In this document: piece after piece, positions 23,046 through 36,812 of the stretch
How the letters are laid out: each line of letters begins with the position of its first letter
How positions within the stretch are numbered: position 1 is the first letter of the stretch
Source: Octopus bimaculoides
Taxonomy: Eukaryota
Length of the DNA stretch: 52,151 nucleotides
Assembly (NCBI RefSeq): GCF_001194135.2
Contig: NC_068992.1
Span: 29,911,640 to 29,963,790, forward strand
Direction: 5' to 3'
The notes under the pieces: generated by a model
What the model was told of the DNA's origin: nothing
Database searches by the model: none
The model's input: the letters and a program-made list of their open reading frames with translations, nothing else
Translations under genes and position numbers: made by a program

Positions 23046-23334
23046 TATTGAGTAACAGACATGTACACAAATCCGAACTTAGCCACTTACACATACATGT
23101 AAGCGCATTTACAAACGTTTATACCCCAAATATAAGCATGTACATTGCATCTTACGCTACACACATACACACATACATACGTACGTTGTTATATACATGC
23201 ACTGATGCACAAATACATACATATATATATATATATGTATATATANNNNNNNNNNNNNNNNNNNNNNNNNNNNNNNNNNNNNNNNNNNNNNNNNNNNNNN
23301 NNNNNNNNNNNNNNNNNNNNNNNNNNNNNNNNNN

Positions 23335-23365
<31 letters not shown>

Positions 23366-23784
23366 TTATAAATGAACACACACACGCAAGCGCGCTCACA
23401 TATATAACAATGTGCATGTGAGTAACTGAACGTATAGATATGAAAATTACGTCACACGGTGTTTGTATTGCATAATGTGAAATAGCAAAATGGTTTGGTT
23501 AGTTTGCGCCTCATCAAATACTGTTAAATTAAATTTAGTTATACTGGTAGCTAAGGAAAGTAAGTTAGAACATAAAATATATCACGTTTTTATATTACTA
23601 CTGAGTGGTACATAGATGGAAAAATAGCGGAAAAATAGGAAACGAAATGGTAACATATATATATAATCGCAAAACGTTTTACAAATCTTAGCAAGTCAGT
23701 GTAAAATAACTTCATTCACATTCTGTCCCTCACGAACATCATTTTTCAAATATTGAAAAAGTATTAAATTCACTTGAAACATAC

Positions 23785-23885
<101 letters not shown>

Positions 23886-24005
23886 TACACACGCACAATC
23901 ATACACAGAAATCTATTTATATATATACAAATATATATATATGTATGTATATATTACGTATACCTGTATATATATAAATGCACATACCTACACACATGAA
24001 CACAT

Positions 24006-24116
24006 TCGCAGTCATAGGATCGCGGTTTCGATTCCCAGACCGGGCGTTGTGAGTGTTTATTGAGCGAAAACACCTAAAGCACCACGAGGGGGATGGTGGC
24101 GAACCCTGCTGTAATC
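24006..24116 (+). mobile_element. SINE family 3 fragment
   Basis: TAGGATCGCGGTTTCGATTCCCAGACCGGGCGTTGTGAGTGTTTATTGAGCGAAAACACCTAAAG is homologous to 4826-4953. Confidence 0.85.
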
Positions 24117-24122
24117 TAGAAT

Positions 24123-24288
24123 AGGCGTAGTAGTGGCTGTGTGGTAAGTAGCTTGCTTACCAACCACATGGTTCTGGGTTCAGTCCCACTGCGTGGCATC
24201 TTGGGCAAACGTCTTCTACTATAGCCTCGGGCCGACCAAAGCCTTGTGAGTGGATTTGGTAGACGGAAACTGAAAGAAGCCCGTCGTA

Positions 24289-24333
<45 letters not shown>

Positions 24334-24549
24334 ATATGTTTGTGCGTTTGTGTTTCTCCTCCCAACATCGCTTGACAACCGATGCTGGTGTGTTTACGTC
24401 CCCGTAACTTAGCGGTTCAGCAAAAGAGACCAATAGAATAAGTACTAGGCTTCCAAAAGAATAAGTCCTGGGGTTGATTTGTTTGACTAAAGGCGGTGCT
24501 CTAGCATGGCCACAGTCAAATGACTGAAACAAGTGAAAGAGTGAAAGAG
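24123..24549 (+). mobile_element. SINE family 1, full length
   Basis: tRNA-like head, central domain, internal (TA)n/(TG)n, 3' body and an AAGTGAAAGAGTGAAAGAG tail. Confidence 0.93.
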
Positions 24550-24727
24550 ACACACAAGTACACACGCGAGAGCACAATTTCACAATCGAAAGACAATCTA
24601 CAACTTTCTATTCTCTGCAAGCAATTGTAGTCCACTTTAAAAAAAAAACATGTTAGATCATGTCTTCTGAGTTATAACATCGCTAATTCCCTTAGAGCAT
24701 AGTATTTATATATTATAACTATAACTG

Positions 24728-24825
<98 letters not shown>

Positions 24826-24885
24826 GGTCTGTTTGTCTGTCTGTGTCTACCTATCTACGTATCTATCAATCTATATGTATATATA

Positions 24886-25225
24886 GGCGCAGGAGTGGCT
24901 ATGAGGGCGCAGGAATGGCAGTGTGGAAAGTAGGCGCAGGAGTGCCTGTGTGGTAAGTCGGCACAGGAGTGGGTGTGTGGTAAGTTAGCTTGCCAACCAA
25001 CCACATGGTTCTGGGTTCAGTCCAACTGCGTGGCACCTTGGGCAAGTATCTTCTACTATTGCCTCGGGCCGACCAAAGCCTTGTGAGTGGATTTGGTAGA
25101 CGAAAACAGAAAGAAGCCCGTCGTAAATATGTATATATATATATATATATNNNNNNNNNNGGTCGATTTGCTCGACTAAAGGTGGTGCTCCAGCATGGCC
25201 GCAGTCAAATGACTGAAACAAGTAA

Positions 25226-25229
<4 letters not shown>
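24886..25229 (+). mobile_element. SINE family 1 with four tandem 5' heads; body bridged by a 10-N gap
   Basis: GGC(G/A)CAGGA(G/A)TG starts at 24886, 24906, 24933 and 24960, followed by a normal body and 3' end. Confidence 0.92.
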
Positions 25230-25262
<33 letters not shown>

Positions 25263-25347
25263 CACAGACATATATTAATATATATAACATACGTATTTAC
25301 GTTCAGATATATATCCACACATATACATCTCAACACGCAGATACTCG

Positions 25348-25379
<32 letters not shown>

Positions 25380-27356
25380 CGCGCACACACACATATATAT
25401 ATATATGCATATGTGTGGATGATTTCAGATACACACGCATACACAACACACATACTTATATGCGTATCATAATATATGTGTGCGCATTTGATTTATATTT
25501 GTGGGGGTGTAGAGATCGATTAAATCAACAAAGCTTGATCTATCGTATTTTATTGGTAATACGGTAATCAATCGAGGATTTGTATACATAAGTCGGACGA
25601 ACAGAGGAAGAATACGCTCGTGCGTGTGTGTTAATCTTCGCAGTAGTTCGATAGTTACGATTGCGTTAATTTTGGTACTAACTGGAGTGTCATTTTGGTA
25701 AATATATTGGTTGTCGTAGTAGCTATGTTAGTGATGGTATTATTTTACGTAAATGATAGTATCATATTAGTCGTTCATAGCGAAGGGCGTGGATTTACTA
25801 ATAGTAATGATTGTTATAGTGATAAAAGATCTGAAAGCTTGGTACTGATGTAGTCGTAGTTGTAGATATGCTAGTGATGATATCGACTATAATGAACGTT
25901 TATAACGTATTTATGGCAACAGAAAGATGATGCAAACTGATATTTTCTGGATATATTTTTGAAACCTGAAAATGTAGAGTAATCAGTATTTGCAATCTAC
26001 GCTAGCATTCACAATAGCATTTTCAACATTGTGCTTGTGTATTTCATGTGAAAACTGTGGGATTAGTAAGTGAAGACAGCGGGTTCATTCCTAGAAAATG
26101 AAGAATTTATCCATCTCGCATTCCTTAAATAGCTGTCTTTTCATAATATTATATTCAAATTGATACACTTTTGTTATTTCATTACTGAATATTAAAGCCG
26201 GAACTTGATAGCAAATTTACTTCCCACTACTTAACTATTGAAATCACTGCAGACAATTTGATCTCAGCAAAAGAGATAGAAACTAAATAAATCTGCGAGT
26301 AAATCCGATTCTTGGTCATGTCCAATAAAATTCATATCATTCATGATACTGAGTAAGGTATGAACATCACAAAATCAATATATTTTTATTTTTCCCCCAT
26401 TACTAAATGCGTCGACATTTTCTTGCTTCCTGTGTCGGCAATCTATATATCCAATAAATAAATTGCAAAACTAAACCAGCGAGAGTTAATATTCTTGACC
26501 AGTATTATGCATGTTGCCTCAGACAAGAGAATTCCATTTTGTAAGATAATTGTGAGTTAATATTCAAATGCTTAAGTAATATCTATATAAAATATCTCAT
26601 ATTTGAACCTTTAACGTAGGCTGAATTATGCCTCTTAAAAAAGGTCACCAGTCACATATCTGTTCAAGATAATATAGATGACAAAATGTTTTCAGCAAAA
26701 TAATTAACACTGTAGACAACAGAAAAAATTTAGTTGCCGAATATAAGAAAAATATTGAGAATAATCTTCTTAATATTGTGTGCATGAATGATGTTATAGG
26801 CAACGTATATCTATAATCGTATTTTTTAGATTAGTATAAATCGTATGCAATTTCGAGGAATAAACATTCGACTTAATCACATGAAGATCTTCACGATAGC
26901 TATTGGATCTGAATATAAAACAAATTATAAGATTTCAGCTGAAAAAGTAAAGGGACGTAATTTGAGAAGTTATAGACTTCTGAGTCTATTATAAAGATGA
27001 CAATGAATTTTTCACAAGACTTCATTGTCAATTCTGGAGATAATGGTTGACATATGGTAAACAACCAAAGAATAATCATCTCAAAATACCCCGTGATCAA
27101 CACATCTTATATCAAAGCACAGTATGTAATAATAATATGATAATGGAAGAACAGAAAACAAATATTCAATATTGCATTTAAATGTCAGAATATTTGTGAT
27201 ATGTATTTGCGAATATTTTCAGAGTGAGTAACACGTACAACAGTAACTTAGGTGTGTAGGTTGCATATACAAACACAAGCAGATAAGTCTATACAGGATA
27301 TTCCAACTACATAAGGCATGCGCATGTATGTATATGCTTATATATACATACATATG

Positions 27357-27422
<66 letters not shown>

Positions 27423-27475
27423 CATACATACATATATATATAGATATACATACACATGTATGTATATATACATAT

Positions 27476-27553
<78 letters not shown>

Positions 27554-27695
27554 TTATATATATATATAAACACACACATCTATATATATACATACACATG
27601 TATGCATATACATACATACTTAAACACACACATAACCACACAAATACACGCACACACATATATACAGACCCGCAAGTGCACTTAAAATATATGTA

Positions 27696-28887
27696 CAGGA
27701 TGGCTAAATATTTGAGGACATACATTTTTCTGGTCATTGCTACATTTTTTGCTAACTCTGTATAATCTTTGTTTCAGAAATTAATTATAGCACACTCTTA
27801 ACTTACGCAAGAAATAAAGAGGCATGCTGTTATTTTGGTTACAAATTTGTAAGGAGCTAGAAACGAAAGATTGAAACGTATCACCAGTATCAAAGCATAA
27901 AAAAGCATCCTAAACGCTCTGAAACGATCAAAACACCTGAATTTATCCAGCAAGTTCAACAGACCATCGATTACAGTTCCATAAAGTCCATGAGGTCAAT
28001 TGCAAAAGATCTCCATGTGCCAGAAGGAACAGTCACAAATGTTGTCCACGAAAACATCAGATATGACATATGTTGAGGAAAGGTAAATGTGTCAGAAAAA
28101 GCAAAGGAAAATCACTACATCAGATCGTAAAGGTTCTTAAACAAACAGAAAAATCCAGCAGAAGATCTGATTTGGTGTTTCTCAAACGAGAAAATCATCG
28201 ATCAAGATCAAAATGTAAACAGAAGAAATGACAGATGTTTATGTGCAGACCCTTCTGAAGTTCCAAGTGTTATACAAACAAAATTTCCTACAACACTCAT
28301 GGTTTTTGGTGATGTCAGCAATGAAGGGCATCTGATGCCTCCTTACTTCTTTCCACAAGGCCATAGAGTTAACTCGGCCGCCTGCATTGTGGTCCTGAAA
28401 ATAATTATTTAACCCTGGATAGACAATGTATGTATGCAATGGAAGGTCATATGTGTTTCAGTAAGACTCTGCACTATCACACATGGCTCTAGTAACACAG
28501 GAATAGATGGCTGAAAATTTTCATGACAACATCAACCCTAACATTTGGCCTGCTAATTCCCCAGATTTCAAACCATTGGATTATTACATGTGGAGTGTTG
28601 TTGAGAGAGTGGTCAATGAACACGCCCATGACATCAAGGATACTTTGAAAGATGCCACAGTCAGAGTAATGTTCAAAATGAACTAGAACGACTTGATTCG
28701 AGCATATAGCTGATTTAGATCTCATATAGAAGCAGTTGTTGAAGACGAAGGTGGCTTTATTAAATAATATTATAGAAAAGAAGGTTAATTTTTATCAACA
28801 GCAGTTTTTGATAAATAAAATTATCGGTTATTATACATCTGTTTTTATGTAGACATAAATCTGTCCTCAAATATCTTACGCAGCGTG
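27696..28887 (+). mobile_element. Tc1/mariner maT (DD37D) transposon, near full length, inactivated transposase (27805-28767)
   Basis: TA target duplication at 27694-95 and 28888-89. The TIRs share an identical inner ATATTTGAGGACA. Translation includes RSETIKTPEFIQQVQ, SMRSIAKDLHV, WCFSNEK..DQ..NRRNDR, TKFPTTLMVFG.VSNEGHLMPP.FFPQG, YVFQ*DSA, WPANSPDFKPLDYYMWSVVE and IEAVVEDEGGFIK*. There are 37 residues between the last two catalytic Asp. Confidence 0.95.
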
Positions 28888-29011
28888 TATACAGATATGA
28901 ATAATTCATATTGATGACTGTGAGAATTATGCTCACATATGCACAAAGACTTAAATATATTCAAGCATACATATGTGTATATATATATATATATATATAT
29001 GTTGTTTTTTA

Positions 29012-29356
29012 ATTCTTTTATTTGTTTCAGTCATTTAACTGCGGCCATGCTGGAGAACCACCTTTAGTCGAACAAATCGACCCCAGTAACAATTCTTTGT
29101 AACCTTAGTACTTGTTCTATCGTTCTAATTTGCCGAACCGTCTAGTTACGCGGACGTAAACACATCAACATCGCTTGTCAAGCGATGGTGGGGGACAAAG
29201 ACAGACACGCAAACACGCACACATATATAAATTTGAAGGGCTTCCTTCAGTTTCCGACTACTAAATCAATTCACAATGTTTTGATCGGCCCGAGGCTTAA
29301 CAATGGTGCAATGAAGAAGGACTCAACCCAGAACAATATTGTTGGTTAGTAAGCTA
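29012..29356 (-). mobile_element. SINE family 1, older diverged copy with a small internal deletion
   Basis: Reverse complement of the family-1 body and tail, inserted next to (TA)n. Confidence 0.88.
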
Positions 29357-29817
29357 GGCAATTATGACGCACATAAACACATATATACACCCACACACAA
29401 ACGTACACACAATCTTGTTTGTATATATGTGTATGTACGTTTGCGTGTAGGTATGTATATGTGTGTATGTGCGTAATAATTGCCAATACATTAATATATA
29501 TTTGTCGATCTTATATCGATTTTCACTCACACACGCTCTCTGCCTTTCCACCTCTCTCTGCTCATCTCTTTCTCTCTCTCTTTCTCTCCCTCTCTCTTTT
29601 TATATATATGTATGCATATATATGTATATATAAATATATATACGTATGTGTTTGTGTATGTGTATATATGTGTATATACGCACATGCATTCACATGCAGG
29701 CATAAACACACTTGTATGATTACACAGGTGCATTTATGAATCTCAGCTTTCAAGAAGAATGACAAGATTATGAAGTAGACATACAAAAGAATAACGCATA
29801 TTTCGAAAGTGTTAGTG

Positions 29818-29852
<35 letters not shown>

Positions 29853-30653
29853 NNNNNNNNNNNNNNNNNNNNNNNNNNNNNNNNNNNNNNNNNNNNNNNN
29901 NNNNNNNNNNNNNNNNNNNNNNNNNNNNNNNNNNNNNNNNNNNNNNNNNNNNNNNNNNNNNNNNNNNNNNNNNNNNNNNNNNNNNNNNNNNNNNNNNNNN
30001 NNNNNNNNNNNNNNNNNNNNNNNNNNNNNNNNNNNNNNNNNNNNNNNNNNNNNNNNNNNNNNNNNNNNNNNNNNNNNNNNNNNNNNNNNNNNNNNNNNNN
30101 NNNNNNNNNNNNNNNNNNNNNNNNNNNNNNNNNNNNNNNNNNNNNNNNNNNNNNNNNNNNNNNNNNNNNNNNNNNNNNNNNNNNNNNNNNNNNNNNNNNN
30201 NNNNNNNNNNNNNNNNNNNNNNNNNNNNNNNNNNNNNNNNNNNNNNNNNNNNNNNNNNNNNNNNNNNNNNNNNNNNNNNNNNNNNNNNNNNNNNNNNNNN
30301 NNNNNNNNNNNNNNNNNNNNNNNNNNNNNNNNNNNNNNNNNNNNNNNNNNNNNNNNNNNNNNNNNNNNNNNNNNNNNNNNNNNNNNNNNNNNNNNNNNNN
30401 NNNNNNNNNNNNNNNNNNNNNNNNNNNNNNNNNNNNNNNNNNNNNNNNNNNNNNNNNNNNNNNNNNNNNNNNNNNNNNNNNNNNNNNNNNNNNNNNNNNN
30501 NNNNNNNNNNNNNNNNNNNNNNNNNNNNNNNNNNNNNNNNNNNNNNNNNNNNNNNNNNNNNNNNNNNNNNNNNNNNNNNNNNNNNNNNNNNNNNNNNNNN
30601 NNNNNNNNNNNNNNNNNNNNNNNNNNNNNNNNNNNNNNNNNNNNNNNNNNNNN

Positions 30654-30700
<47 letters not shown>

Positions 30701-31386
30701 CAACTGCATATATGTACATATCGAGTGTATTTGAGTGAAAGTACGTGATATTGATAAACAGCTTATGTATCCAACTGTCTGTATATTTAAACATCACTCG
30801 GGCATATTTCTCTAGTCTCCCCCCTTTCTTTGTCGCTTCCCTCGCTCTGTTTTCATATAGAATCATAGACACGAGAATGTTGTATGTTTGTGATTGATAT
30901 GAGTGTCTATATATGTGTACTATTTTGAAATAATGCTTCTCTTTGCATATGCGCCTTGCAAACATGAAAATGTATATCTGTTTTATGTGTCCTTACGTAG
31001 ACATCAGCAGTGTCTGGTTTCCACTGCGTACGGCGCTAAGTTTCTTAATGTTTTTTGCGTGTGTTTTATGTAAATTTTAAAATCTCCTTTATCCAGCTGA
31101 TATCGGCAAAGGGATTATATATACATATATAGTGCAACTAATATTTATAAGATTTATTCACATAGATTTTGTACTGAACTATCTACTACAAAGCGATATT
31201 CTTGAAATTCATTGGTCGTATATATCTTGAAGTCCGTGTTATTTGTTTCAAAATCATTGCACGTTGACAGATGTCATTCAACTGTTTATGAAAAGCCGCT
31301 AAGTTACTTATTTTGCCGAATAATAATGTAAAGGTTAACTTTTTGTAAACAGACAAGCAGATGCTGCGAATAACTGAAGACTGTAA

Positions 31387-31423
<37 letters not shown>

Positions 31424-32181
31424 AATATATAGATTGCAATCATGACTGAAATTGATTCAGAACATGAAATACGTGGGGAAAAATAAAATTTGTGAATTTC
31501 GAAATTTAAAAGCTTGAGAGTTGAGGCAACACATGTATATTTACATATATGAGTGAATAATTTTATTCGCTTAAATAATACTTATGAACAATTGTTTTAT
31601 CGTTACTCGTCTGCTGGTTGCCGTTCTAACTCATTTAATTAATATTTTATGCCTGTTGAAAAACTATCCATTAAACTATATATACACACAAACATTATTT
31701 ACATAAATACATGTGTATCTATCTACATATATACATACAGTTACTACAGAAATAATAGCGTAAACAATTGCAGTAAACGCAGGAAATCTGCATGTCCACT
31801 TAAGAGCCAATGCATGCAAAACTACATCATATACAAATGCACAATCACCCCAACACAAATACGCATACATGGGAGCCTCCGAAAACCAATGTATATATAT
31901 ATATATATNNNNNNNNNNNNNNNNNNNNNNNNNNNNNNNNNNNNNNNNNNNNNNNNNNNNNNNNNNNNNNNNNNNNNNNNNNNNNNNNNNNNNNNNNNNN
32001 NNNNNNNNNNNNNNNNNNNNNNNNNNNNNNNNNNNNNNNNNNNNNNNNNNNNNNNNNNNNNNNNNNNNNNNNNNNNNNNNNNNNNNNNNNNNNNNNNNNN
32101 NNNNNNNNNNNNNNNNNNNNNNNNNNNNNNNNNNNNNNNNNNNNNNNNNNNNNNNNNNNNNNNNNNNNNNNNNNNNNNNNN

Positions 32182-32217
<36 letters not shown>

Positions 32218-32470
32218 GCATACAAACATATGTGTGTGTGTATTCGTGCGATTACAGGTATGTTTATATAAGTGTATGTATGTGAGTGCGCATTCATAAC
32301 GGCATATTTGAGCATGTATGTATATACTTATGTATGTTTATGTATATATAATAGTATAATAGTTAAAGCGGATAACAAACGTAAATGCAAGGCAGACATC
32401 TCAAGTCATATATGTTATCATTATTGGAAAGACTTCAAAGTCGTACAACTGTTTTCCCTATTTTCCGAAT

Positions 32471-32528
32471 TTGTCTCTGATGACGGAACATCCCATACTT
32501 GGAGATATCTCAGAAAGTGCTGTAAGAC
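32471..32528 (+). ncRNA. Decayed minimal type-I hammerhead motif inside a 35-bp inverted repeat
   Basis: GTCT-CTGATGA (32477-83)-..-GAAA (32513-16)-GTGCT-GTA/AGAC. Helix I has 4 bp and helix II is imperfect. The upstream inverted arm supports an ancestral palindromic helix III, ACAGCTGT. Confidence 0.5.
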
Positions 32529-32761
32529 TTTGAATTTTTCCAATAATAATAATGTATGTAACTTGAGAAGTTTGCTTTATCTTAACGTTTGCTGTCCTCT
32601 TTCTCAATCATACATCCTCGGCATCGGAAATCTTCAATGGCTCCATAACTCCCGTCTCAGCTATATACCTTGGTGCCCTAGTAATCCGTTACAGCACTTG
32701 TCTAGCGTACCTAATCGTTTAGATCACCTATGAACTAACCTCCCTTTCTTTGATGTGTGTG

Positions 32762-32804
<43 letters not shown>

Positions 32805-32805
32805 A

Positions 32806-32887
<82 letters not shown>

Positions 32888-32944
32888 TTTTGCTGTGGAA
32901 AATGCGTTGAGGTTATCCGTGAGAGTGAGATAGAATTCCGCGAA

Positions 32945-34451
32945 TTCAATACGCGGGAACTGGGCCTCCTCCTTAAACTAAGCTATGACTGTAATACCTA
33001 GACAATCATGACCTTAGTAGATTCTCCAGCAGGTCACAGAGGGAAAGATCACCCACCATCACTGTCAGTTAAGAAAAGCACGGCAGAGCGCTGAACCATA
33101 CGCATTGTGGACCCTGAAAAAAACAGTCAGGTGAAAAGAATGACTGCACATGCAATAGGAGGATAGCATAAGAACCACACAATAGAGAACCACACAATAA
33201 AGTTTAACAGGAAACTATAAATGCACGTTTAAGGTGCAGCCATTGGTGTCGGTGTGGCTAGTCTCTTCATGACCTGTTGGGAAAGAAAACTTACACAAAC
33301 CTTAGCCGAACAATCCACAACTGGTCTGTTTTACTGTAGGTATGTAGATGACATTAATTCTAGCTAAGACAAACTCTAGTATCTGAAGTGAAAAAACTGA
33401 GAGGAGCATAATGGAGAGCATCCAGCACATAGCTAACTCCACCCAGGAAAGTATCAAGGTAACTATTTAATTCCCATTTAGGCACTTTAACAATAAACTA
33501 CCTCTCCTTGATACTGAACTTTACACTAGGCACACTAACAATAGACTCTCTGTCCTCGATATTGAACTTTGGCTAGAGAGTGTGAATTTCTAACTGCGTC
33601 TGTTATGTATAGATGTGTCTCCATACGTGTCCTTTCATGTGTGTGTGAAGTGTGCCTGTGTGTATATGATCATGTGTTTCGGTATCCTTTTGTGCATGTA
33701 TAAATGTGTGTATGTGTGTGCCACATATAGCTTCTAAATATTTTGTTTACAAGAACTCAGCTTTGTCATACAACATGAAAATCAACATACTGATAGCAGA
33801 CATAGGATAATGAACAATGTGTACCCTCTATACGAGCCCTTTGAAACAATGAATCACGTACAGAACTTCATGCACCGCATGCAATTCTCTGGTACAGCTA
33901 GAAAGATGGGATTCAGATATACAGGGGATCTAGAAAGAAGTTAAACAGTAATATATGTAATGAAACCAATGGTACCTGCTCTAGACACAGAAGTAAGAAC
34001 TGGAATAGGATACAGAGAGTTTGTGACAAAGTAAACAGAGTGAACACATGGTACAAGGTCGACAAATATCAAAGAGTGATGTTTGTAGAGGCCACAACTC
34101 ATGGACAAATGAAGATTTAGGATAGCTCTGAAGGAATCCAAACTCAAAATTAAGATCGTTGAAAAGCGAGGGAGCACCTTCAGATCACAATTATGTAGCA
34201 CAAACACATTTGAGAATAACACATGCACCAATGAAAACTGCACGGTATGTAAGATTAACCCTGGCATTAACTGTAGAACTAGTAATGGAGTCTACAGCAT
34301 AAGGTGCATGGGGGGTGCTTGTAAAGACAAGAACATGACATACATACGGAAAGCATCAAGAAGCTCTGCGGAGAGACTGAATGATAATTTGAGACAATAT
34401 CACGACAAACACAGTCCTCCATACTCTACCACATACCAAAGACCAAAATAG
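32945..34451 (+). mobile_element. Decayed Penelope-like element, Neptune-like RT, Cys-rich linker and GIY-YIG endonuclease
   Basis: Frames give QVKRMTAHAI, GAAIGVGVASLFMTCWE, YCRYVDDIN (33338-33358), LSVLDIELWLE, VQNFMHRMQFSG, WYK..RVMFVEAT, IKIVEKRGSTFRSQLCSTNTFENNTCTNENCTVC..CRTSNGVYSIRC..C..TYIRKASRSSAERL (GVY 34287, YIR 34341). Multiple stops and deletions are present. Confidence 0.88.
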
Positions 34452-34755
34452 AGGCACACTGGGTCGACTTGACATCTGCATCTGATCCAAACACCCAAAG
34501 GACACACAAATGAAACATCCCCTGTACTAGATAGGAGATATATGTAGAAGGTAGAGATACACTAATACACACAGTTCATACATACACAGTAGGCTGTTAT
34601 GTAGACGTATATATATATATATNNNNNNNNNNNNNNNNNNNNNNNNNNNNNNNNNNNNNNNNNNNNNNNNNNNNNNNNNNNNNNNNNNNNNNNNNNNNNN
34701 NNNNNNNNNNNNNNNATATATATAAGTAGGTAAATGGACATGTGGGTTAACGGAC

Positions 34756-34825
<70 letters not shown>

Positions 34826-35102
34826 GTACTTAGGTAATACAGATAGACAAGCACATACACATATACACTCATTTTCACATACACAAAAGAATGCTGAAAC
34901 ACAGGCACACTTCACACCCACAAGGAAGGACACGTATGGAGAAACATCCATACATAACAGACGCACTTACATAGTTACACAAGCCCATGCATATTGGCGA
35001 ACTCAAACATGCACACACAAAGAGGCAAAGGTACACACAATTACATACGGATGTACACACACGCATATATTTTTATGCATACACAGACACACGCATACAT
35101 AT

Positions 35103-35133
<31 letters not shown>

Positions 35134-35354
35134 CATACATGCATATGTGCATATACATGCACATTGACGCGCACACATGCGCACAAACAAACAAAAAGAA
35201 CGTAGATCCGATAACAGACTACAGAGGACGCTGCAAGAAGCAAAAATCAACAAATTATAGACAAAAAAAAAAATAATAAATGAGTGGAAATCAAATCGGT
35301 GTGTTAATTAATAAGGCATTAAAACTGCATGACTCTCCTCAAACACAAGAGAGT

Positions 35355-35748
35355 GTGTGGTAAGTAGCTTACTTACCAACCACATGGTTCTGGGTTCACT
35401 CCCAATGCGTGGCACCTTGGGCAAGTGTCTTCTACTATAGCCTCGGGCCAACCAAAGCCTTGTGAGTGGATTTGGTAGACGGAAACTGAAAAGAAGCCCG
35501 TCGTATATATGTATATATAAGTATGTGTGTCTGTGTGTTTGTGTTTGTCTCCCCCACCATCGCTTGACAACCGATGCTGGTGTGTTTACGTCCCCGTAAC
35601 ATAGCGGTTTGGCAAAAGAGACCGATAGAATAAGAACTAGGCTTACAAAGAATGAGTCCTGGGGTCGATTTGTTCGAATAAAGGCGATGCTCCAGCATGG
35701 CCGCAGTCAAATGACTGAAACAAATAAAAGAGTAAAAGAGTAAAGAGT
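35355..35748 (+). mobile_element. SINE family 1, nearly full length
   Basis: Same body as 24123-24549, with an AAATAAAAGAGTAAAAGAGTAAAGAG tail into (TA)n. Confidence 0.92.
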
Positions 35749-35801
35749 ATATATATGCATAAACATATATATGTATATAAATATATATACATACATATAC
35801 T

Positions 35802-35929
<128 letters not shown>

Positions 35930-36474
35930 TAGATAGATAGATATACATATATATATAGATATACAGATCATGCATATACATACACACACATATGTATGTA
36001 TATATGTATGTTATATGCGACCACACATGAACTAAGTAAGTTATAAAGGCAGCCATCAGCCGAGTAATGAAAAACGATTATACATAAGAGTTATTTATTT
36101 GACTAAAATTATCTGCTCATTATCTATCCGATAGATGTCTATCTCATACTGATTTTGACCAGTTTGTAATTAGCAGTCAACTTTAAGAACCATGCATTAA
36201 TAAATTTATCAATTACTCTATATGAGCAAGTGAGTTCTTTTCTCATGATAAACGATTGCACAAGTGCACATACCTAAATTCATACGTTTACGCAAGCATA
36301 CCTACAAGCATGCATGAATGCTTACCTACATTACTTATTTGTACGCACATACGCACCAACACCTTCACACACGTAAATACACACACGCACACAAATACAT
36401 GCCCACATAGCGCATTGATCATAAATCCTCATATACATGTATGGATGCTCACATATATGTATGAGCTCATATGT

Positions 36475-36506
<32 letters not shown>

Positions 36507-36812
36507 GTATGTACATATGTATGTGCATAATACATATATATGTACATATGTATGCTCATATGTATGTATGTATCTATGTATATATTGTCATAGTATATAG
36601 TTTGCTACGTTATATTCTCATTTAAATAATAAGCAGACACAATGTAGACGTTGAAACTGTTAACTGTTCATATACTGGTTTACGAAAGTTGCGTGAATGT
36701 CATAGATCATATTTTCTTAATGAAATAGAAATGTCTCCACCAAGTTTTCTGTGGAGTGTGGAAAGAAGAAAATTATCCTCATATTAGATATAAATAATGA
36801 ATTTTAAGTAGT

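Noticed and set aside
24886-24990. Regularly spaced repeats resembling a CRISPR array
   Set aside because: There are no unique spacers, the units are SINE 5' ends, and the context is eukaryotic with no cas genes.
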